Shown: positions 51,514 through 64,000 of the stretch, one piece after another | Numbering within the stretch: position 1 is the first letter of the stretch | How the letters are laid out: each line of letters starts with the position of its first letter | DNA from: Bispira polyomma | Taxonomy: Eukaryota | Direction: 5' to 3' | DNA: 64,000 bases | Assembly (NCBI GenBank): GCA_965649765.1 | Contig: OZ287753.1 | Coordinates: 40,858,001 to 40,922,000 of the forward strand | Translations under genes and position numbers: made by a program | The notes under the pieces: generated by a model | Databases searched by the model: none | Seen by the model: the letters and a program-made list of their open reading frames with translations, nothing else | Told to the model about the DNA's origin: nothing

Positions 51514-54007
51514 TATACTCAGAAGAACTACACTAAGTCAACGCTTACATCGACACGATTTGTGACAACTGATGACAGCCAATTTGCAATTGCAAAAACA
51601 GATGTTGTTGTTCTTATATAATATGGTCTCTGATGTCCGAGTGGTAAGAAAGTTGGTCTAGTGATTAGAGGGTCCATGGTTTGTCTCTCGGTCGGGGGGG
51701 GGGGGGGGGGGGGGGAGTGCTCTGATGATAGATTAAAAGGTTTCCAGTTGCACGTGCTATTTTACCAGTAGGATAACATCCTGGACAAGATAATTAACAT
51801 TTAAAACGACTATATAAGATATTTTCATTATCTGAATGCAATATTTATTTTTTTGCTGAAGCGCAAACTTTGCACTTGTACTTCGGATGTTGGATTTGGC
51901 AAATTCTATTTGTAAAAAAAGAGAATAGGTAAAGATAAGTCAAAATAAGAGATAAAAATTTGCTGTTGCATATCAGGTGTCGTCAGACGCAGATCTTATA
52001 CACCAGAACACAGGCTAAACCACCCCCACCCGTGTAATTTTAAGGATATGAGATGGTTTTGTTAATTAAAGGAGAAAGACTGTAACCATTCCTTGAGCCC
52101 TGTGATTACCTAACAATAAATCTCTCCCTCACTATCTAAAGGGAAGGCAAGGTTTCAGATTTCTCTCATAACAAGATCTGTTACGTGTAATCATGGTCAT
52201 TAAGCTAATGCTACATCCCATAGAAAGGAAATGGCCATGTCTTCATTCAACTAGTCTTGTCAAAAATTAGCTTAAATTTCAGCTTAACGTAAAAATAGGA
52301 TTTTTTTTAATTATTTGTTCAAAAGTTAAATGACTTTCATCTATATTCTACTGATATGTCACAATATTCTGTATATATATTTGCAGTCAAAGGTGGACCA
52401 TGTCCTCATTCAATTCATTTATCTAAGTTTTAAGATTCTACTTAAAGTCATATTGATTTTTTTCAGTTAAATGATGTTACTGTATATTTTACTGATATAT
52501 GCCAATTTATGCTGTCTATATGCAGCTAAGACCTGTAGCGCAAATTGACAAAGATTCTTCTTCTAAATTTTTTGTCTCAACTAATTTGATTGGTTCAAAA
52601 TATTGCTTAAAATAATCTGATTGGCAGACACTGATTGACAAAAAAAAAAAAAAATATTAGGAACTGTATTGTAGTAATATTTTTAGATATTTTCATTCAT
52701 TTCCAAAGCAAATAAGACAGACTGACAAACTTTGGCTGTTTAACCGGGTAACAAATGGGTTGACTTGAAGCCAAAATCTGGTCATGTTTGTTGTTTTGGT
52801 GGTCTTAAAAGAGAAGTGGTCCATTTTTAAAGGTTCAACTTTTACAGACTTACTGAAGGGTTAGACAGATATGCATTATTGTGTGATCACTTCTTCAAAA
52901 GACAAATCAATATTTGTAACTGTAAAAAAAATGAGGACATAAGCATCATATTGCTATCTTAAAAACCTTATTTGTTTACAAATCTTCCATGCCTTTCACT
53001 TTATAATCCCTACACAGTCTAAAACAAATAATTCTATACAATATTAATACAGGTTATAATTAAGAACCATAAGATGAGCCGAGATATAATTACATCGATA
53101 GTTAAGTTACTAGGAGTTACATAATCTATCTGCCAGTAGGTAGGACCAAGGTTTATAATAAAACTAGATTCCAGCTGTCAGATATAAACACTAATTATAT
53201 GGCATCCAACCATGTCTAAAATTATAAAAAGAGACTTCAAAGTCTACAGTAAATTGTCTTGTGACGTCACAGGGCGGGTATTCTCGAAACAAAAAAAAAA
53301 AAAACACAAATTAAACTCCTACTCAACTCCAGACACATGCCATGTGGAAATCACTGTACACGGGAATAAACATATACTTGTGACCATTTATTTTAACAGA
53401 TATTTCAACATTGAATTAAAATATGTAGTCACTTTTTTTAGATATATGTTTACTGTAGATAAAGTTATCGAGAATCCAGAGTTGAATTGAGTATGAGTTT
53501 TCGTTTAGACTCTAAAAATGATAAAGGAAATAAGATGGCTTTGTATCTGTCAAAAGGATACAGGTGTTTTGTCTGTCTGTTGAGTAGCAACCGTCAAAGC
53601 AGTCCCACTGGCTTGATAACCAGGTAATTTGGAGGGAGGAGTCACCTTTTTGTGTGATTGTTGTGTCTAGTTTGTATATAACAAAGATTCCAAACAGCGA
53701 GGTTTACAATGTACGAGTGTATCTTACTGTGACGTATGTTATGTTCCAGTGTTGTGCTGTACAGCCTTGATAAGACTCCAGAAGTATGCATTTTTGATGT
53801 TAATTAAATGTTGAGGTTAAAGTATGTCATAGTTGGTCGATTTGATCTAATGTTATTCACCACAGAAGAAACGCTATCAAGTTGACATCATGGGCTGTGA
53901 CGTATTACAGTAGCAAAAATCGTGAAATCAGAAATCTTGTTTTATTTTGCTGAGAAAAATTATTTATATAAAAAGAAGGCAAGGTCAGATCAATTGTTCC
54001 GGGAGCA

Positions 54008-54176
54008 CAAGCTTTTTATAAACACCCATATTAGCACCTATGTACCCATGTAATACACCTGGATGGAGGACAACTTTGTGTTTGAAGTACCTTGTCCAAA
54101 GGGGTAGAATCTCCTGACTTCTCCTAACTGATCCTGGGGCCTCTGGTTCAAAGTCAAACACTCTAACCGCTAGACC
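54008..54176 (-). mobile_element. SINE family B, degenerate
   Basis: tacacctggatggaggacaactttgtg..aagtaccttgtccaa; rc head ggtctagcggttagagtg. Confidence 0.6.
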
Positions 54177-57100
54177 AGTATTTTTTTTTACATAATGAAT
54201 GCTACTAATTAATTTTACAAATAATCTACATTTAACATCGCCTGTAACTACACTAAACTAACGTAGATAGAGTAAATAATACATTAGCCACATGGGCCAT
54301 GAATTAGGCTAATATATTGAGTTATTGCATATTCTTTATGAACCAGGAACAAACCTGATAAATTGTCTAGGAAATATGATTACCTATCAACATATGACTC
54401 AGGATATCTATACACCTAAAACTACAGTCATATCAAAGAGATGTATGGCAATGCACTGCTGACATACAAAAAACAAACAATGGACATATGTTATTGCTGC
54501 TGTTGTTGAAGCATTTATACAACACCTGATTGCTACAATCCTCTAAGGCTCTTGTTCTTCGAAAGGAGCAGTCCTACAACATAACCTGGGTCGTCATCAG
54601 TAAGCAATGCCGTGTTCACACTTTACTCAAGGATGTTATCCCATCAATGAACCTAGTGGTATTAGCAGGAGTCCTCAGTTCACCAGACAAATTCCCCCAA
54701 CCAGTACTCAAACCAAGGACATTTTAAATAGCAGAGCAGGGGCTCGAACAGCCCCGAGAACGTGGACAGTGTGATCAATACATTATGAATGTAATGTTAG
54801 ATTTTTAACTGAATACCATAATCTACATTATAACATCATTTTATATCTTATATAAGTTAAGCATTATAAATCATGCACAGCCTTAACCAATTCCACATCC
54901 TTTCTCTATAATAAGCCCCATTGGGTTTTTTGCCTGTGATATTGAAGCACACATATTAATAATCCTCTTTGTATCAGAGGCTTTTGACACACACAATACA
55001 CACACCTACTTATCAACAAGAGATATAGGGGGTATTTAACTTCTTATTATCGCTCAGGGATGAGAGGGAAATTACCTCTATTATCGCCACATTATATTAA
55101 GTATAATGCTGTACTATAGACGGTAATAACTACCCAATTTGTATCAACAGCTTACAGCTCCAGTAGCAGTTCAACAGATACCATTCCAAAGAAGCTGCAA
55201 GTTGCCCTTTTAAGGTTAGACCATACAATAATGCAATGCTATATACAAATATATAGACATATCAATTTATATACTAACAGAATCCTTCAGTTACTGTCAT
55301 TGATGTGATATACTTCTTGATTAGGTTTATATGACTTTTCCTGTAGCCTTGTAAGACACTGGTCACGCACACAAAAAAATATGAGCTTTTCTGAACTGCC
55401 TAAGGGCAAACGGATCTAGATCCTTTCAGAATCCCTAGAAATTATAGCAGTAAGAAGGAGTAACTGAGGTGTTGAAAGCCAAAGATTTTGATGAGCTCTG
55501 GCTAATTAGTGCTACATAATTATAAGCCTGACAGTTTATACAATTTAATGATGAGGGTTAATGAGCTGCACACAAAAGCTTGACAGGTGATAGGTGCTGG
55601 GGAGAGTTTTTAATATGTGTGAGAAACCCTCTCTAATCACAAAAACCTGATATCTGATGATATAGTGTGTGATGTTTGAAGGAGCTTAGTATCATTATCC
55701 ACTGTATCATTATCATGCTATTTCAGAGGTTGTGGTGTAGGTACAAAGAGGAGCTAGGTAAGGGGTGAGAGGTGAGAGTATTAAAATACCCTGGGCTGTG
55801 TATTTTTCAAAAAGTAACTCAAAACCCAGACTCAACTCAAGTGAAGGCTAACTAACCTCCTTGTATATGGAAATAACCCATACTTGTGACCATTTACTTT
55901 AGAAAAGCTTTCAGCACTGAATTCAAATATAAAGTCAGATTTTAGATAGCTTTCCCTCTTACTAGAAATAGGGACACCGTATTGGAGCTAAGTTCAAGTC
56001 TTAGTTGAAATTGTTTTTTGCAGAACATATGGTCAGTGGGTATCAAATAGCCAATTTACTTCTTGTTTCCAACTGATAATATGATTTGAGAAGTATTTTG
56101 ATCAGATGGAGAGGTGAGGGAGGGGGAAATAACCCCTGCAGCATTTTGTAGTTTTCCATGGTATCAGGTGGCTAAAACAAAAAGAGGGGAGGTGAATGGC
56201 AGGGACAATGAGTTTTTGTACTAAATACCTGTCACATAGCATATCACTATATATGACATCGGATGTCACACTACATGAGGTGGGGGTTTACAGTGGAGAA
56301 AATAAATTGAGCCAGAGTTGCAATTACTGGAATCCCTTGCTAAATATATGGTATCCACTCTGGCTCCAAATTGGTCAACAGATAATTGTTGTTTAGTTCT
56401 CAGCACCCCAGGAGATAAATGGAAAAAAGGGTAACTGCATTTTTGGTTTTGGCCATTAGACATTATTTAGAAGCTACATTGCTGTTTTGCTACAATTCTT
56501 TTACACAGACAGTTTTTGAGTTTTTGTTTATAATAGAAGACTTAGGGTTTCCAGTCTTTCATCTAATGCTAAAAAATAATCTTCTTCCCTGTACCAAGGC
56601 ACCTTAATTTTTATATCCTTATATATGTGAATTGATCTCATGACCATCATATTAACAAAATAGAGAAGCTTCAAGCATGCTTTGATACATAGAACCATAA
56701 ACATACCAGTTCACCCCAGCCTTTTTCCTATCCATACTTTTTTCCTCACTTAAATGTATCCTGATTGTGGCTTTCATACTAAGGAGGAAATGTCAATTAA
56801 TACAAGTATATAAATTTGCACCCACATCTGCTTTCCTAGAAAAACCAGTATTTATGATCCAGGAAAAGGTTACACACAGAAAGGAGGTTTTCCCCCTTTT
56901 TAGCCCACTGGGTTTTATATAATTTTGTTTTCACCAGCTGGTTGGGTAAGACCTAGCCTTGCTTATTATTGTCTACATCATACATTTAAAACATTTTCAG
57001 CCCAAGAGAAAAGTACCGCCGGGAATTGAAAGGAAAATTTTCAGGAAATAGGTTACAGATAGCTGGAGTCACCAAAACACACACCACAGACTACTTCCGG

Positions 57101-60100
57101 TATTTATTAAAGGTCTCACATATAATGTTTTAAACAAATAAGTCTGCTGTACTAACAATATCCTATTGCTAAAGGGAATTGAAGCAAAATATAAAAATAT
57201 TTTCGGGATGTCGTTTGCTTGCCGACAGACATGGGTTCTGGGAGTAACACATGCAGTCGTCTGCTAGTCAACAACTTGGGGGTTGAAATGATTCAGTTTG
57301 CGAAACAGCTACATAACTAAAGTACAACAAAATTCAAGACTATTCTAAAGCTGACCTGGATGACCAGTAGAGAACCGAGGACATCCGATACTAGCATGTC
57401 TTGGCCACAGAAGTTTTGAACTATTTCTAACTTCCGTAGATATCCCTAGGACATGCTAATTTTTTATTAAACAAAAGTTAAACATGGTTATATGTGAAGA
57501 AAACGAAGACAAACTTCAACGCAACATTTATTGTATATACTTGGAGATGACGCATATAGAGGTATTTACCAGTGATGACATCTGTGCATACTTGTGAATT
57601 CTTAGCCACATACCAAATCTTATGTCAATCAGTTCAGTAGTACCAACTAAAGAATTCAGGTGAAAACATAACCTCTTTGACAGAGGCAACAAAACACCAT
57701 GTGTCTTGTCTTACAAGTAAAGTTGACATTTAAAAAAAAATCAATAAAAGAATGGCAATGCCATCAATGCGTCCAAAGTATTGAAATTCCTCCAATTTGT
57801 TAAAATTTATCACACAAGTCACCAAATCATCCGTCAGTGTGTATAACTCAGACCAACTGCTATATCCAAAGTTCATATCTTACATATAATACTAACTATG
57901 ACCATGCTGCCAAAAAAACAGGTTGTGTAAAATTGATCAGCTGTCATTTTAAAATTGAGGTCTCTTTGTAAAAATCCAAAGGTTTTACATATTTGGTATG
58001 ATAACAAAAACCATGGGATACCTGCTGCTTTGGAACCCAATAGAAATATCTGTAAAAGTGTACATACAATCGTCTTAGATAACTATGCTACTGTCACCCT
58101 TAGATAATAAAGAGATTTTTGCTGAACAAAATCAAGAGTAAATACATAATGCTAGTAAACTGTATAATACGTGTGTGTACTTAGTGTTATTTTTAACTAA
58201 TGACAACTTCTGAAGCTAGAGGTCAGACCTGTTATTAAACAAGATTTCAATTTTGTGAATTAAGTTTAAGGATAGCTTTTGTAAAAAATTGGTGAAAGTA
58301 AAACAGCCTCGTTTTGATTGTGATAGATCTGTTAATAAGTAGACGATCGTAACATTCCTTAATGAATGGCGGTTTAAATAGAAGCTTATAAAATCTGAAT
58401 TACTTTTTAAATATATATATTTTTTTTCAAAGGCCAATTTATAACATTTTTATAGTATGTGTTTGTATACTTGGAATTTAAAAAAAATCCATATCAAAAG
58501 ATTGCATACTTCACATTATTATTCATCAGTAATAAATATTTTTTGTTGCTTAAATCATTTGACATTCTTATTTAAATTGAAATTAATACCCAGTTCATTT
58601 GAACTGAAATGTGCAAGTGAGTTGCCCATTTCACGAAATGGGTAAGTTCATGGATGGGGTGTAACATATATATAGTCAGATAAATATATACAGTGTATAC
58701 CCACTACCCCCCTCCCTACCCTTTCAATACTCATGCACAGTCCATTCCAGTAAACAATTAAGTGACATTTTACTGACATGACAGTTGATGTTTATGGAAG
58801 ACTTTCACAACCACAATATCTTATGATTACTGTCTCTTTACAGAGAGGACGAAATCTGATCTTTCCTAAGATGTTTGGAGTACAAATACAGGCGTTGTCT
58901 GGCGTGCAATTCCTCAAGCTGTTTAAAAAGAGCAAAAACAAAACCCCACTTCAAAACTGTCTTTAATTCCGAGTCAATTGTTATATGTCGTTATCTAACA
59001 TGATGTCTAAATCAAAAACCTTTACAATACTTGGCTAGCTACTGTGGGACAATCTAGGCAATCTAAGGCAACCTCGAATACAGTTGCAGTCTCAACTTGC
59101 CCCTAATGGCCGTTTTCCACTTTGCATTTTGCAAAAGAGAGGCCTGTACGAACTATGCGATCTACAACTCACACTCATCCCCACTGAACGGACATGTTTT
59201 TTAGTTGTTTCATTAATTGTTCTCATGGTACATGACTTCCAAATTATCTTATAATAGTGAAAGATAAAGTTGTTAATGAATTTTTAAGTCATTTTTGATG
59301 GTTTTGTCAGTCTTGAGAAAACATCCCTACCTATTTCCATAGCTTCCATGGGGGTCTAATTAGCGTGCACAGGGCTTACGTTGTACAAGCTCCACTCGAA
59401 TGGGGCCATCCCTATTCAATCACTACACGTTTACTACACGTTTATTGCAATGGCAACTCGACTTTTGCATTTCTCAACCCTTACATTTCTCGAATGTCCA
59501 CCACTGCTGTGACCATGCTGTGAGCAATCCATTGTAAAAATTTACTTTTTATTTAAACTAACTTTTCGCAATGGCTGGCATCTTTCATACAATGCATATT
59601 TACCACAAAGATGGTGAATTTTGCCCTTTGTGATCTTGCTTACGTCCTATGTGTTCTAAAACCTTTTAAAATCATTGTTTGTGCGAACGATACGCGCAGA
59701 CAACATGACCTGGGGGTGATCGATCGCTTTAGTGTCATACTCGGATCTCAATTTCAAAATCACTGTTGTGGAAGTCATTGAAGTGTTGTCTTAACCTAGA
59801 ATAAATGTTTATGCCTTATAGTCTTTATATAGCTTTGTTTATACAAACCCGAACATTTCATATCAATGTTTTTATTATATTTTATCATGGCTTTTGGGAA
59901 TTGACATAATAGCTTGTGTGTGCAAACATTTGGACATGTAAAGACAGGATTTCTTTCTTGACTTGCGCCTGCAAAGAGTTGGATTTACAATTTAAAAAAA
60001 AATTAGCTGCTTAATAACACAAATTACATAATTTGTATGATATAAACTTTAAATGATCTAAATGAGGACAAACTTAGAGTGGATATCATTCCTAAAGCAT

Positions 60101-60868
60101 GTGATCTAAAGTTGTAACTTAAGATTTTTATTTGCACATATTTTTACAAACATGTTTTACCTTGTCTACAAACAATTTGTTTTTTTTTTATTTGTGAAAA
60201 GAAATCAAATTTCCCACCTGCGAAAGAAAGGAAACTGACTTTTAAACATTCAGTCTTTATTTGTCAGTGAAGAAAAAAAAAACCGAACCATTGCTTGTGA
60301 TATCAGATGTTATTTTGTTGACAGTGAAGAGTTCACACATGTTAATGAACTGAACCTTATACTGTCAACACATGTATTAGCAAGATAACTTGACACAAGG
60401 TTTGAACAATATGATATTGGATGTTAATAGCTTGATGTCATCTTTTAGTTCAAGCATTCACTTGAAAATGGAATACTTTTGAAGAGTTGACATCTGTTAT
60501 TTAAATAAGTTTTGTTATAAGAAGGCTCAAATATCTCCACTCTCTAAATTATGTATAACACATAAGCCTGGAAGCTTTAAAGGTGGGGTTTTATAAAGTT
60601 TTCTGACAGATTCTACTGATAAAAAACTAAGCTAACAGACACTTTGACCACATTTAGATAGATATAAATTGTAACAGAAATATATGAATATTAACTATAT
60701 ATGACAATTTTAAACTTATAGCTATAGTCTCAAAACAAATCTAGTAGAACCATTGTTATCTGAACTTTTGTTATCTGAACTTTTGTTATCTTAAAATTCT
60801 ATTTTAAGAACTCATTTCTACTACCCAAATTTATTTTCCTATTATTTTTTTTTCTATTTTATGTACAT

Positions 60869-61190
60869 GCTCTCTGTGGCCAAGTGGTTAGAGGTTCTGA
60901 CTTTGGATCTGAGGGACCTGGTTCAATTCTCGCTCCTGGCCTTGAGATTGTACCCTTGGACGAGATACTTTACACAAAGTTGTCCCTCTCCACCCAGGTG
61001 TATAAATTGGTTCCTTGCCGTTAATGGGTGTTATTTTTTGTGCCGTATGTGGCAGCACGGCTAGTATGCTCCTAAAGGAGCTGAAACTGAACAATCAGTT
61101 GACAAGTGGAAGAACCCTAGACTGCGGGTGTAAATGAAATCTCAACAGAGGTGATATCAGACTATAAACCTATACACATTTACATTTACA
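60869..61190 (+). mobile_element. SINE family B (CORE-like), full length
   Basis: tggccaagtggttagag head; cccttggacgagatactttacac..ctctccacccaggtgtataaat; (acattt)n tail. Confidence 0.85.
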
Positions 61191-61261
61191 ATCGATGTAG
61201 CTTTCTTAACATTTTTTCATAATAGAGATGCTACTGAAACCTTAACCCTATCACGGAGAGT

Positions 61262-61503
61262 AGGCGGAGGCCTAGTAGTTATATAAGCGTCTGCTTTAAT
61301 ATCACCAGTCTCTCACCTCTGAGGACAATGGTTTCAAATCCAACTGTTTTCTGCATGTGGCAAAGTTTGTCAGGTACCTGCCATACACCTTGCATTGGTT
61401 TAATGGTTTTCAGTACAAACCGCACTTCTTTCCTCCACCAATAAATTTGGCAGTCAAATTATGATGAGAAATGTTGACAAAAAAGTTGTATAAAACCCAA
61501 ATA
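61262..61503 (+). mobile_element. SINE, family A-related subfamily
   Basis: ggcctagtagtt head, atcaccagtctctcacctctg, tttcctccaccaataaa, 3' aaaacccaa. Confidence 0.65.
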
Positions 61504-61550
61504 TAATTTTAAAATTCCTAACCAAAACGAAACAAATTGAAATAAATTAT

Positions 61551-61820
61551 GCTTTTAAAGTGGTACAACATTATCCAGTTCGTAAATATCTCAGGGACTA
61601 TACCAGAATGTTCAAAACCAGAAGGGCACTCAGTAGAGCGCATACCTCCCACAAGGTGGAGTGCATACCTCCTACAAGATAGAGCGCTTTTAAAGTGGTA
61701 CAACATTATCCAGTTCGTAAATATCTCGGGGACTATACCAGAATGTTCTAAATCAGAAGGGCACTCAGTAGAGCGCATACCTCCCACAAGGTGGAGTGCA
61801 TACCTCCTACAAGATAGAGC
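61551..61820. repeat. 135-bp tandem duplication spanning flank and HINE 5' end
   Basis: 61551-61685 repeated at 61686-61820 with few mismatches. Confidence 0.92.
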
Positions 61821-62490
61821 GCATACCTCCCACAAGATAGAGCACATACCTCCAACAAGATAGAGTGCATACCTCCAACAAGATAGAGGGCATACCTCTG
61901 ACAAGGTAGAGTGCATACCTCCGACAAGATAGAGTGCATACCTCCAACAAGGTAGAGCGCATACCTCCAACAAGATAGAGCGCATACCTCCGACAAGATA
62001 GAGCGCATACCTCCGACAAGATAGAGCGCATACCTCTGACAAGGTAGAGCGCATACCTTCAACAAGGTAGAGCGCATACCTCCAATAAGGTAGAGGACAT
62101 ACCTCCAACAAGGTAGAGCACATACCTCCAACAAGGTGCCACATTGCCAAAACATGGAAAAAGTTACCATTTTACCCTTCTACACAGATCCACTCTAAAC
62201 AATAGTTGTCTTTTAAACAAGACACGTGACCACGGTGTGAGAAATGTTGATCTGACACCCCTCAGCTTGGTCAGGTTGATTCCTTCCAACCAATCCATAA
62301 AGGCCTTACATATTTTTTTTAACATGGCAGCACTTTCAAACATGGTCGTGCCCTTTTTTAAGTGAAATTATTTACCTCTTTCTTGGCCCATCGATCCATC
62401 TCCCCAGCTAATCTCATGTAAATCGGATGACTAGTTTTTTGTGTAATCCTGACAACAACCAAACAGATATGAGCCAGAACATAACCTCCT
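61617..62490 (+). mobile_element. HINE-like family E element with internal tandem array and nested family D fragment
   Basis: 5' accagaagggcactcagtagagcgcatacctcc; 3' tcatgtaaatcgg..agttttttgtgtaatcctg..aaacaga..aacataacctcct; family D piece at 62199-62360. Confidence 0.6.
61769..62136. repeat. 23-bp minisatellite, 16 copies
   Basis: Unit tagagcgcatacctccaacaag(a/g) every 23 bp from 61769 to 62114. Confidence 0.95.
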
Positions 62491-62493
62491 CTA

Positions 62494-63048
62494 TAGCCCA
62501 GTCACACCTACACGTAGCATCGTAACAATGTAAGTAAGCAATATAACTGAAAACGTAGTAGCTCCGTGTCGAACTGACGTCATTTCCATGATTAATACGT
62601 TAATTGTGATGTTTTGTGACGTTTTATGACGTTTCGTGACGATTTTTGTAGTTATGCACACAAAGCGGGGGCAAAAATCAATCACCTTACTGGTACGATA
62701 TCACTACTTACTACTAAGTAGATATACTGTTTGCTACTTACAGGTGCGCCTTACTGCGTTTTGCTACCTAGTGAAATGTTCCACGATGAATACTTATGCA
62801 GACGAGTGGAGACGTCCTCGAGGAACGGAGAGCTCTATCACGATTATTTCAAACAGTTTGAAATAAATGTTGCAGGGGACCAAACGGTGACATTTCCGGA
62901 ACAATATCATCCATTGAGCAATGTCACGAACGAACGCACCAAACATCCTCACTTAGGCATTACCTTCTGCTATGTTAATACTAGGTTTCCAAACAGTTAA
63001 AAACATCACACACACGTAGCTCCAGCACGTGTAGGTGTGACTGGGCTA
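62494..63048. mobile_element. Young non-autonomous TIR DNA transposon (Harbinger-like ends)
   Basis: Perfect 22-bp TIR tagcccagtcacacctacacgt / acgtgtaggtgtgactgggcta; flanks CTA/TTA (or TA/TA); CpG-rich interior. Confidence 0.85.
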
Positions 63049-63898
63049 TTACAGAATAATATTGAACAGTGTATATATTATTACAACAAGGTACTTTATA
63101 GCCTATTATCAAATAAATAGTTTTACTACTATGTAATATAATAATACCCTGTTAACTAGATAAGGTGTCTAATATTTACTTATCTAATGTAAGTATGGGA
63201 CATACGCATTTCATGAATGAAGTCCACACAAATATATAGATTTCCTCATTAATGGGAATAATTAACCTAAACATGTTACGATTCCTTATAATAGAGTTTT
63301 TAGCGAGGAACTCAAATATGAAGTTAGATTTTAGATATTTGTCTTGGACACAAAAATACATATATTTTGAGATGATTGTGATTTTAATTTTAATAAGAGA
63401 CCAGTTAAAAATATGGCACCCTTTTTTGCTATAAAAATTGTATCACATTTACTGGGTTGCTTTTGTAACATTTGAACCGGTGACGACTTTGTGTTAACAT
63501 TTTTACAACTTTCAACTAAACATTTCTTTTCAAAATCACACTTAACATATATTGTACACATTTGTTGTGTCAGGATGTAAAAGGGACGAAATATGGTTTA
63601 TGATGTGCTCCCTTATTATGATAAATGTTTCTCAATTTGTCAGCATATTTCACATGAAAGTCTACCCATATGTCTAACATTTCATAGTTTCCTCTGTCAC
63701 TACTCGTTAAAGCTGCACGCGAATATATATATATGTACAAATGTGTGTAATTTACTAGTCTTTCTCTGGCCCAATCAATTAGAAAACACCAGTTTCAATT
63801 GATTTATGTATTTGGTTTTTTAAGCCACATTCAAATAGCTTAGGTCATATCACGACAGCAAGATTTAAACAGTGGAGGAAACCATCGGCTTATGGCAA

Positions 63899-64000
63899 TT
63901 TGAATTTGAATTGGGATATTTAACATCCACTCTAGTACCTGTTTAGGTTATATTGGGATGGGTAGTTGGAAACGCTGGGGGAAACACTACATACAGTTGA
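63899..64000 (-). mobile_element. SINE family A, 3' part cut by window edge
   Basis: rc matches 1045-1135 (tttcc.ccagcgtttccaactaccc.tcccaa.tataacct..aggtactagagtgga.gttaaatatcc) with (ttcaaa)n tail. Confidence 0.85.

Noticed and set aside
23547-62136. Regular arrays (60, 51/56 and 23 bp) as possible CRISPR arrays
   Set aside because: Head-to-tail repeats with no unique spacers, no cas genes, eukaryotic context.
61518-62170. Overlapping Cys/Leu-rich ORFs up to 210 aa
   Set aside because: All arise from the 23-bp array and 135-bp duplication, open in several frames.
62731-63000. 89-aa ORF inside the TIR element as a transposase remnant
   Set aside because: No recognisable DDE or Myb/SANT motif; too weak to call.

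Overview
AT-rich eukaryotic DNA, not prokaryotic. The SINE, LINE and MITE content points to an invertebrate, most likely a mollusc or other lophotrochozoan; this is inference. I find only two clear host genes. One is the last coding exon of a heparan sulfate glucosamine 3-O-sulfotransferase (HS3ST2/3/4/6-like, Hs3st-B type; minus strand 32668-33283). Its upstream exon was not found, so 33284-64000 is probably intron. The other is an intact tRNA-Gln(CTG) at 26806-26877. The rest is a patchwork of repeats: three tRNA-derived SINE families, L2 and I/Nimb LINE relics, Harbinger-like MITEs, Helentron-associated (HINE-like) elements, a dead DIRS-type tyrosine recombinase and minisatellites, two of which visibly grew out of those TEs. 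The standout is a ~4.76 kb foldback element at 9222-13983. It has ~1.84 kb near-identical inverted arms with subterminal ATAATGCCA repeats. Its 1.04 kb spacer carries the frameshifted 3' part of what looks like a Maverick/Polinton packaging-ATPase gene, extended by a C2HC finger and an acidic repeat tail. The termini are not Maverick-like, and one arm appears to be a self-inversion of the gene's own downstream region. Family assignments come from motif recognition by eye and repeat boundaries are approximate; no database search was possible.
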